Shown piece by piece: positions 56,472-64,000 of a DNA stretch of 64,000 nucleotides. The first letter of the stretch is position 1; each line of letters opens with the position of its first letter. Below the pieces are notes generated by a model. The model searched no databases. It had not been told where the DNA came from and saw only the letters and a list, made by a program, of their open reading frames with translations. Position numbers and translations under genes: made by a program. The stretch comes from Chloroflexota bacterium (GTDB lineage Bacteria; Chloroflexota; Dehalococcoidia; Lucifugimonadales; JADFKI01), in NCBI GenBank assembly GCA_027623195.1, contig JAQBUT010000002.1, positions 96,001 to 160,000 of the forward strand, given 5' to 3'.

Positions 56472-58280
56472 TTACCAGCCGATGGCGTAACAGGCCCTGC
56501 GAGGGTCTCCGCCGGTACTCATGACGCCGGTTTCCGGGTCGCGTTTGGAGACGGTGCCGCCCATGCCGCAGGTGGCCGCTCGAACGATCTCTCCGTGGCC
56601 TTTGCTCCTCAATGCGTCTGCCGTGCTCTCTGGGATGCCTTCCTCCAGCGATACCCTGTTGGGGTAGTAGACGTGTGGGTAGAAAGAGTCCGGCACGCTC
56701 TCGGTGGCGAATCTGGGGACCTCGACGGCCTCCTGAGGGTTCATGCCAAATACCAGCGTGTTGAGGATTAGCTGGGCGTTGGCCTGGGCTTGGTGGTCGC
56801 CGCCAGGGCAGCCGATTGTCATAACAGGCTGGCCGTCCTTGGACACGATGTAGTTGATCAGCGTTGTGCGGGGGCGTTTGCCCGGCTCCAGCCTGTTTGG
56901 GTGCCCGTCGATGAAGTTGAACATCTCGATACGAGAGCTCATGGATGCGCCCTGCTCTGGGAAGAAGACGCCCTTGGAGAGTGCGCCTCCGCTTGGGGTG
57001 GCGCAAACCAGGTTTCCATCTCTGTCGATGCAGGAGATGTGCGTGGTGCCGCCGCTGTTGCCTGACGCCCCTTCGGGTACACCCGCAACACCGGAAGGGC
57101 TGGCGTCGGCAGGCTTCTGCGTGCTCGAATATTTCCAAGGATCTCCGGCGGCAGGAAGCTCTGTGTAGGGCTTATCCGCGTTCACCAGCTTGGCGCGTTC
57201 GACTGCGTACTCCTTGGAGATTAGCCCGTCGATAGGCACCGTCACGAAGTCCGGGTCTCCGTAATATGCCTCCCGGTCTGCGAATACGAGCTTGGACACT
57301 TCAAGGAAGATGTGTATGTACTCGGTTGAGTTGTGGCCCATAGCCTCGAGGTCGAAGCTCTCCAACATATTCAGGATTTGCAGCGTCATGATGCCCTGCG
57401 TCCACGTGGAGTGACTGCTGATCTCGTGGCCCATAAACGTGGCCTTGATAGGCTCTTCGTACTGGACCTGGTAGCTATCCAGGTCCTCCATGGTGATAAC
57501 GCCGCCCACCTCAGTCGCGAAGTCGATCATGCTGCGGGCGATATCCCCTCGGTAGAAGATGTCGTTGGCCGCACGAATGCCGTCGATGCGGGTGCCGTTG
57601 GCCTCGCTCTCGGCAGCAACCATCTGCTTAAGCATACCCGCCAGTTTCTTCTGGACCAGCATTGACCCTGGCTTTGGCACCTGGCCGTTGTCGTAGAAGA
57701 TGTCACGGCCACCTGGGGGGAACAGCTCGAACTGCTTGTGAATTCCTGCATTGTCGATTCGCTGCAGCATGTACTCGTAGTTAGGGAAACCGGCCTCGGC
57801 GTACCGTATAGACGGTGCTAGCACCTCAGCCACAGTCTTGGTGCCGTAGCGCTCCAGCATTGACGTTAGCGCGGCAATAACGCCGGGCACTGTGAATGAC
57901 AGCGGCGCATCGGCACCTGGGCCTGTGGGAACGCAGTCGTGACCTTTCGACTTGAAGAAGTCCACCGTGGCCTTGCCGGGGGCAGTCCCCTGCCCGCTCA
58001 GAGACAGAAGGTCGCCGCTCTTGGAATCGTAGAACATGAAAACGCCCTCAGCCAACAGCGAGTAGCTTGCCATGGGCTCGGTGACTCCCGCAGCGAAGCA
58101 GGCAGCCACAACGGCGTCGAAGGCGTTACCGCCGGTCTGCAGCATCTGCATGCCCGCCATGGAGGTCAGGTAGTGGCCGCTGGAGATTACGCCTTGGGTG
58201 CCGTAGACAACCGGCCTGCCGGTGGGAGGTCGTACTACGTCGCCCTTTTCCATGTTGGGAGCCGATCCGTTAGTGGTCAT
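56472..58280 (-). CDS. Gamma-glutamyltransferase family protein
   Basis: GGNAFDA, TVPG, Thr nucleophile TTHISCID, PGKRPRTT and GDPRR. Confidence 0.92.
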   Translation of the reverse strand: MTTNGSAPNMEKGDVVRPPTGRPVVYGTQGVISSGHYLTSMAGMQMLQTGGNAFDAVVAACFAAGVTEPMASYSLLAEGVFMFYDSKSGDLLSLSGQGTAPGKATVDFFKSKGHDCVPTGPGADAPLSFTVPGVIAALTSMLERYGTKTVAEVLAPSIRYAEAGFPNYEYMLQRIDNAGIHKQFELFPPGGRDIFYDNGQVPKPGSMLVQKKLAGMLKQMVAAESEANGTRIDGIRAANDIFYRGDIARSMIDFATEVGGVITMEDLDSYQVQYEEPIKATFMGHEISSHSTWTQGIMTLQILNMLESFDLEAMGHNSTEYIHIFLEVSKLVFADREAYYGDPDFVTVPIDGLISKEYAVERAKLVNADKPYTELPAAGDPWKYSSTQKPADASPSGVAGVPEGASGNSGGTTHISCIDRDGNLVCATPSGGALSKGVFFPEQGASMSSRIEMFNFIDGHPNRLEPGKRPRTTLINYIVSKDGQPVMTIGCPGGDHQAQANAQLILNTLVFGMNPQEAVEVPRFATESVPDSFYPHVYYPNRVSLEEGIPESTADALRSKGHGEIVRAATCGMGGTVSKRDPETGVMSTGGDPRRACYAIGW

Positions 58281-58461
58281 GTTTTATCTCCTCAGACTTT
58301 CGATGTGGCCATAACGCCCTTAAGGCGGGTTCAATCATCCAAAAAATGCTTAACGCCTACTATAACCCGGTGTACGGGCGATGGCAAACGGTATATACGC
58401 GCCTCCGCTACGGCATAATATAGGCTGATAGAAAGTCATCGAAAAGCTGCAGGTTTGCGAA

Positions 58462-59235
58462 TTGAGCGATCGACAAGACGAATCACTGGCGGAATTAGAT
58501 GCCGACCACACCCCGGAGGCCATTCGTACGCGCTTGCGTGACGGACCTTCACAGAGCTACCTGCGTGATTTCGTGTATGGGGCCATTGACGGTACGGTGA
58601 CTACTTTTGCCATAGTTTCCGGCGCGCTGGGCGCAGAGCTTTCCTCAGGTATAGTAATCGTCCTTGGAGTAGCTAACCTCATAGGCGACGGATTCAGTAT
58701 GGCGGTCAGCAACTATCTGGGCACCCGCGCGGAGAATCAGCAGCGCGAAAGCGCCCGCCGCGCCGAAGAGTACCAGGTGAGGACGGTGCCCGAAGGCGAG
58801 CGGGAGGAGATTCGTCAGATATTCGCGGACAAGGGCTTTGAGGGCGCGGACCTGGAACGGGTTGTCGAAGTTATAACCGCCGAAGAGCAGAGGTGGGTGG
58901 ACACAATGCTTAAGGAGGAGCTGGGCCTTACTTTGGAAGGCTCTTCTCCGATTCGCGCAGGCCTGTCAACCTTCGTTGCGTTTATGCTGGCGGGACTGGT
59001 GCCGCTGCTGGCCTTTCTCGTGAATCTGCTGTCGCCCGGATTGTTGGGCAACGCTGCAATTTGGAGTGCCGTAATGACAGGTATAACCTTCTTCGCCATC
59101 GGTGCGCTCAAGGCTCGTTTTGTCCAGGAACGCTGGCTTTGGGCCGGCACAGAAACCCTGGTGGTCGGAGGCGCCGCCGCAGGCCTGGCCTTCCTGGTAG
59201 GCATGCTGCTCAAAGGCATCGTGGATGCGGTTTGA
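58462..59235 (+). CDS. VIT1/CCC1-family metal transporter
   Basis: DFVYGAIDG.VTTFA, ANLIGDGFSMA and EREEI. Confidence 0.92.
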   Translation: MSDRQDESLAELDADHTPEAIRTRLRDGPSQSYLRDFVYGAIDGTVTTFAIVSGALGAELSSGIVIVLGVANLIGDGFSMAVSNYLGTRAENQQRESARRAEEYQVRTVPEGEREEIRQIFADKGFEGADLERVVEVITAEEQRWVDTMLKEELGLTLEGSSPIRAGLSTFVAFMLAGLVPLLAFLVNLLSPGLLGNAAIWSAVMTGITFFAIGALKARFVQERWLWAGTETLVVGGAAAGLAFLVGMLLKGIVDAV

Positions 59236-59331
59236 GGTGGTTTGCCCGCGTGGCAAGCCACATGGTTAGGCGTTTCGTACAAGTCATTTGCCGCCTCGAG
59301 TTCCTCGCGATGTTCGGAATTACGAAATGCC

Positions 59332-60006
59332 CTACCCCTGCCTAAGCTTGTCTATCGAAAAGTCGTCGCTGTTTACCCAGTCGCGGTAAGTCTTCTCGGC
59401 ATCCAGCACGCGTTGGGACTCTGCGATGATGTCGTCCACCGCCGACACGGGGATGCACACCACACCGTTGGCATCGGCGTGGATGATGTCCCCGGGCGTG
59501 ACCAGCACATCGCTGACCCTAACCGGCACCTGCGACTCCATAAAGCCGAAGTTGCCGTGGGCGGGCACTGCGCCCGGCGCGTAGTACTGGAACCCCATCT
59601 CGCGGACTGTATCCACGTCACGTACCCCGCCGTCTGTCACCAGTCCGATGGCCCCGAGCTTCATTGCCACCGTCGCAAGGCCGTCACCAAAGTGGCAACC
59701 GTGCCCCGGCTTGGAGCTAAGGTCCTTCAGCACCAGCACAGCCGGATTGGGCGTGTCGCGTATCGCCTCGAAAAGTTGGTACATGCGCTCTCGGTCCTGC
59801 ACGCGCCCGTGGGTTGTGGTGTCCAGCGTGGCCGTGACTGCGTACCCCACCATCACGCCCATCTCCGGGAACATGCAGCGAATGTCGTATCCCATGAACC
59901 CGTCCGTATTGCTACGAATGTTGAAAGGTTCGATGGCGTTGGCTATAGTAGGCGTGTCTATCTGCCGTAGAGCATCCAGTTGGGCTTGTGTGAGTAGATT
60001 ATCCAT
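59332..60006 (-). CDS. RraA/HMG-aldolase family protein
   Basis: DTPTIANA, VTDGGVRD and PGDIIHADANG. Start moved to ATG 60006. Confidence 0.88.
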   Translation of the reverse strand: MDNLLTQAQLDALRQIDTPTIANAIEPFNIRSNTDGFMGYDIRCMFPEMGVMVGYAVTATLDTTTHGRVQDRERMYQLFEAIRDTPNPAVLVLKDLSSKPGHGCHFGDGLATVAMKLGAIGLVTDGGVRDVDTVREMGFQYYAPGAVPAHGNFGFMESQVPVRVSDVLVTPGDIIHADANGVVCIPVSAVDDIIAESQRVLDAEKTYRDWVNSDDFSIDKLRQG

Positions 60007-60102
60007 ATGAGTCCTCGCATGATTTCTTAATACACGGTCTTTTCGGTCCACTTCAAGCCGTCGGCCGTTAATCTAAAATACCTGGGAAAGGATATCAAAA
60101 AA

Positions 60103-61011
60103 ATGGTAAACAAAGTTTTGATGACCGGGGCCACTGGCTACATCGCCAATCAGTTGCTACCCACCTTCCGCGAGAACTACGAAATGGTGCTGGTGGACGT
60201 TCGTGAGGAAAATCGGAACGGGAACAAGGTTGAAGGCGCTATCATGGCCGACCTTATCGACACAGACCGTTCCAAGTACGCGCACCTGTTCGAGGGCGTC
60301 GATGCTGTAGTCCACCTCGGCCACAAGCGGCGCTCCGGAGAGCCGATTGACCACTTCTTCGACGAAAAGGATAACGTGCAGATGGCATACAACGTGTTGC
60401 GTTGCGCCTACGAAGCCGGTGTGCCGAGGCTTGCCATTGCTAGCTCAAACCACGCGGCGGACTGGTACGAGCACAACCTCATCCATAAGCGCCAGATGGA
60501 GGTGTTGGACCCGTATAAGCTGCCTTTGTCGGACAACTTCTACGGCTGGGCCAAGGCCACCTACGAGCATCTTGGCTTCCTGTTCGCCAACGGCATTGGC
60601 GGATTCCAGGATGCCTCGGGCCGAGAGCAGCACACGGGTATTCCATCGACAACTCGCAAGATGGGCGTGGTGATGGTGCGCATCGGCGCGCCGCGTGAGC
60701 TGGACCCGAGCAATTACGTGGATGACCAAGCCAACTACAAGCGCGACCTTGGGGCGTACATAAGCCCACGAGACATTACGCAGCTATTCGCAAAGGCCAT
60801 TGAAGCGCCGAACATCGAGAACGAGCACGGCGTTCCATGGCAGGTGGTCTACGGCATTAGCAACAACACTCGCGCCTTCTGGTCGCTGAGCAACGCCAGG
60901 CAGGCGCTGGGCTACGAGCCGGAGGACGACTCTGAGGTCAAGTTCGCGGATGACATAAAGCGCTTCCTCATGGATGGCGGCGCTTCCGGCGGCCGCGTCC
61001 AAACGTCTTAG
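60103..61011 (+). CDS. NAD-dependent epimerase/dehydrogenase (uronate dehydrogenase-like)
   Basis: TGATGYIA, ASSNHA, YGWAK and YGISNN...LGYEPED. Confidence 0.85.
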   Translation: MVNKVLMTGATGYIANQLLPTFRENYEMVLVDVREENRNGNKVEGAIMADLIDTDRSKYAHLFEGVDAVVHLGHKRRSGEPIDHFFDEKDNVQMAYNVLRCAYEAGVPRLAIASSNHAADWYEHNLIHKRQMEVLDPYKLPLSDNFYGWAKATYEHLGFLFANGIGGFQDASGREQHTGIPSTTRKMGVVMVRIGAPRELDPSNYVDDQANYKRDLGAYISPRDITQLFAKAIEAPNIENEHGVPWQVVYGISNNTRAFWSLSNARQALGYEPEDDSEVKFADDIKRFLMDGGASGGRVQTS

Positions 61012-61047
61012 GGTGGTGGATAGCCAGGGCGGCGAGACGGACAGCGC

Positions 61048-61935
61048 TTGAGCGCCTCTGTCATGCCACGCGTTGACGAAACGATGAGGCTGCCCGACGG
61101 CAGGCGTCTGGCATATGCAGAGTACGGCGATCCTTTGGGCCAGCCTGTTATGCTGTTCCATGGGGCGCCCGGTTCCCGCCTGGGTTGGGGTCTGTTTCCC
61201 GGCTGTCCCTTTCGCGAGGGCGTGCGGTTGATCGCTGTCGACAGGTTAGGTTATGGCGGGTCTGATGCGCGTCGAGCCAACGCATTTGCGGGCTGGCCAG
61301 ACGACGTATCCGCCCTGGCCGACGCCTTAAAGCTAGACAAGTTTGCGGTGGTAGGCGTCTCCAGCGGCGGCCCGTATGCGCTGGCCTGCGGATGGAAGAT
61401 ACCCGACAGGTTGACGGGCCTTGCAGTAGTAAGCGGAACCTCGCCACTGGCGCCGGAGGCCACAGGGGAGGTGCCGCGCGGTATTCGGTTACTCTACATC
61501 ATGGGTCGCAGGGCCCCGTGGCTGCTTCGCCTCAACATGTGGCTGTCCGGCTTCAAGTTCCGGCGAAACCCGGAGCGATACATTGCCAAAACGGAGTACG
61601 GACTTGCCGGCGCGGATAAGATTGCTTATTCCAAGCCTCAGGTAAGATTGGCTGTCACGGAAATCATGAGAAGCGGCCTCAACTCAAACAACCAGGCAGT
61701 AGCCAATGATCTTATCGCCCAGTCCAGACCCTGGCCATTCGAACTCCGAGATGTTCGGACGAAGGTCCACCTGTGGTATGGCCTGGAGGATCGTACTGTA
61801 CCGCCTTCAATGGGCCGCTATTTGCAGAAGCATCTGCCCAACTGCGATGCCGACTTCATGCCCGAAGCCGGGCACATGTGGCACATCGAGCATATGGGCG
61901 AAGTGCTGGATACCTTACTAAATCACACGTCCTGA
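61048..61935 (+). CDS. Alpha/beta hydrolase
   Basis: LPDGRRLAYAEYG, HGAPGS, GVSSGG and EAGH. Confidence 0.9.
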   Translation: MSASVMPRVDETMRLPDGRRLAYAEYGDPLGQPVMLFHGAPGSRLGWGLFPGCPFREGVRLIAVDRLGYGGSDARRANAFAGWPDDVSALADALKLDKFAVVGVSSGGPYALACGWKIPDRLTGLAVVSGTSPLAPEATGEVPRGIRLLYIMGRRAPWLLRLNMWLSGFKFRRNPERYIAKTEYGLAGADKIAYSKPQVRLAVTEIMRSGLNSNNQAVANDLIAQSRPWPFELRDVRTKVHLWYGLEDRTVPPSMGRYLQKHLPNCDADFMPEAGHMWHIEHMGEVLDTLLNHTS

Positions 61936-61970
61936 CTCGCTCTGGATAAACCGCCGTTCTGTACCTCGAC

Positions 61971-62426
61971 TCAGCGTCTCCCTCTTGGGTTTTCTCCTTG
62001 GCCGAAGGTGGCTGCCAGGCCCTGGACTAGCTCCTGCCTCTCGGTATCGGTCAGCTTTGCCTCGGGGTGCAGCCATACGTAGATGGCCGGGGGCATTTCG
62101 CCGTCTCGTACAGACTCGGCTGCCTCCCTTGCCTCTTTTTAGACCCGGTCCCATTCGGAGTAGTTAAGCTCATCCCTGGCTTCGTCCACATGGTTTTGAA
62201 TCATCCAGGACACGGGGGCTACGTTGGAGTACCAAGGCCATCGCACCTGATTGCTGTGGCAGCCGAAACAGGCCCGCACAGCTAGTTCGCGAGTGTGGGC
62301 CCCTTGCCAAGATGGCTCGACTCTTACCGGTGGGTTGGCGTGGCTGCGTCCGTAGGGGGCCAGTTGAATCATAAGCAGCAGGGCGAATGATGCAACGGCG
62401 ACGTAGATGCCCAGTCGCTTGAACAC
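61971..62426 (-). pseudogene. c-type heme-binding (Haem_bd-like) protein interrupted by an in-frame TAA at 62139-62141
   Basis: CFGCH and WPWYSNVAP; after the stop the same frame reads [30 protein letters not shown], ending at TGA 61971-61973. Confidence 0.85.
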
Positions 62427-62582
62427 TTCATGCTTCCTTTGCCTTTAGTTCGTGGCTTCATGTAGTCTAATGATATCTTCTCTTTTGCCGCGTGGTGAAG
62501 GCGTCAGGAGACTTCTTCTTCCGGCATATGGGGAATTAACGGCAACATCCAAGGATGGTTAAAAAGGCGGTATACCCAGGTA

Positions 62583-63179
62583 ATGAAAGAGGTTCTCCTC
62601 TCGGTTCTGCGAAACAAGAATACTGGCACAGCGGATTTTCGGCGGGCGTCCGATCAGCTAGCTCACCTTGTCTCAGCGGAGACGTTGGCCAAGCTTAAAA
62701 CGTCGGTTTACGGCATAGAAACGCCTGTGGGTACGGCAAACGGCGCATCAGGCCCAGACGATGTCATGTTCGTCCCAATCGTTCGGGCGGCGCTATCTAT
62801 TCTGCCTGCCTTTCTCGACATGGTGCCGGCCGCGCCCGTAGCCTTCCTGGGAATCGAGCGGGACGAAACTACTGCTCTGCCCAACATCTACTACCGAAAA
62901 TTTCCCCCTACCTTGCCAAACAGGGCTGTCATCATCGATCCCATGCTGGCCACGGGAGGCAGCGCCATGATGGCTGTGGATATCCTGGTCGGCCAGGGAT
63001 TAAAGCTCGAAAACATCTACTTCACAGGCGTCGTAGCCGCGCAGTTTGGGCTGGCTGCGCTTTCCGAGAAAATGCCCCAGTCGAATATTACGGTGGCGGC
63101 CATCGACCCCGACCTCAACGAGCAGAAGTACATTGTTCCCGGCCTTGGGGACTACGGCGACCGCTACTACGGCACGTAG
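62583..63179 (+). CDS. upp: Uracil phosphoribosyltransferase
   Basis: IETP, PIVRA, DPMLATGGS and YIVPGLGDYGDR. Confidence 0.95.
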   Translation: MKEVLLSVLRNKNTGTADFRRASDQLAHLVSAETLAKLKTSVYGIETPVGTANGASGPDDVMFVPIVRAALSILPAFLDMVPAAPVAFLGIERDETTALPNIYYRKFPPTLPNRAVIIDPMLATGGSAMMAVDILVGQGLKLENIYFTGVVAAQFGLAALSEKMPQSNITVAAIDPDLNEQKYIVPGLGDYGDRYYGT

Positions 63180-63228
63180 GTTTTTGGGTATGCAGAGCGG
63201 GGTCTTGCTCGAATCCGTGCCTCCGCGC

Positions 63229-64000
63229 CTACCTCATACCGTCGTCGGTCCAAGCCCTGGCCACGTCTATGCAGCGCATGAACTCCACGTCTGAGTGAGC
63301 CTTGATGTGCTGGATAAGCTTCTCCAGAACCATCATCTTGGCCAGGCGTCCCGTGGTGTGCGGGTGCATATTCATGATAAGTGCGCTGCCGTACTGATAC
63401 GCGCCGTCGAACTCCATCTCCCACGCCTGGTAAACGTCCTGCGGGGTGTTCATGGCGCCGCCGGTCCGGTTGTAAGCGTAGTAGTGCGCGTCGCCCTGCG
63501 CCCAGTCGTTGGGAATCTCCACGATGCGTCCGTTGGGAGTATCCACGAAGTATGGCGCGTCGTGACCCATCAGGCTGGAGTCGTACACAAAGTCGCGCTG
63601 CTTCAGAAACCCCAACGTGTCCTTGCTGGCCTCCAATGAGGGCGAACGGAAGCCCAGTGGCCTTTCGCCGGTGATGCCCTCCAGGATGCCCATGGCCTTG
63701 TCGAGGATGCGTTCCTCCTCGTCGGGCTCCAGAGTGGCAGGCGGCTCGTGCATGTACCCGTGCGCTCCAATCTCTATGCCTCGGCCGTGTATCTCGCGGA
63801 CAAGCTCTTCGTTGTTCTCCGCCGTATAGCCGGGGACGAAGAACGTCGCCGGGATGTCGTAGCGGTCTAGCAGGTCGATGATGCGCCTGGCCCCGACCCG
63901 AAGCCCCAACTCGTTGCGCGACATTACGGACGGCTGATTGGCTGCGTCGGGGTTGCGGTTCAGCAGCGCAGACACGCCGTCCAGGTCGAAAGTAAGCATT
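63229..64000 (-). CDS. Polysaccharide deacetylase (PuuE/NodB-like), probably 5' truncated by the window edge
   Basis: TFDLD, ATFFVPG, HGYMHE, GFRSP, YDSSLM and MHP. Confidence 0.88.
   Translation of the reverse strand, partial: MLTFDLDGVSALLNRNPDAANQPSVMSRNELGLRVGARRIIDLLDRYDIPATFFVPGYTAENNEELVREIHGRGIEIGAHGYMHEPPATLEPDEEERILDKAMGILEGITGERPLGFRSPSLEASKDTLGFLKQRDFVYDSSLMGHDAPYFVDTPNGRIVEIPNDWAQGDAHYYAYNRTGGAMNTPQDVYQAWEMEFDGAYQYGSALIMNMHPHTTGRLAKMMVLEKLIQHIKAHSDVEFMRCIDVARAWTDDGMR

Noticed and set aside
38253..62141. TAA reassignment or readthrough to explain the two in-frame TAA codons
   Set aside because: Conserved genes here (rpsF, rpsR, korB) end normally at TAA, so point mutation or error is simpler.

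Overview
Ordinary chromosomal segment, with no prophage, integrase, transposase or CRISPR array seen. The organism is most likely a Chloroflexota (Dehalococcoidia, SAR202-like) bacterium. This is an inference from three luciferase-like monooxygenase paralogs, family III CoA-transferases, haloacid dehalogenases, enolase- and HpcH-family enzymes and PT-rich lipoprotein linkers. Housekeeping genes: hom, rpsF-ssb-rpsR, korAB divergent from sucCD, upp and tRNA-Ser(UGA). Main observations: (1) a PanD-like pyruvoyl decarboxylase coupled to two SAM methyltransferases with no panB/panC nearby, a candidate methylated-osmolyte pathway (split DsyD/DsyG-like DMSP route, or beta-alanine betaine); (2) an orphan F0 stator pair (divergent subunit a plus b-delta fusion) with no subunit c or F1 genes; (3) an ArsC/Spx-family selenoprotein (UxxC with SECIS-like hairpin) that the ORF track truncates, preceded by a poly-proline micro-ORF; (4) two genes encoding three copies of one membrane repeat, divergent from a glutaredoxin-TrxR / Trx / Crp operon; (5) three genes broken by single-base lesions; (6) two families of palindromic intergenic repeats. 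All product calls come from motif recognition by eye; no database searches were run.
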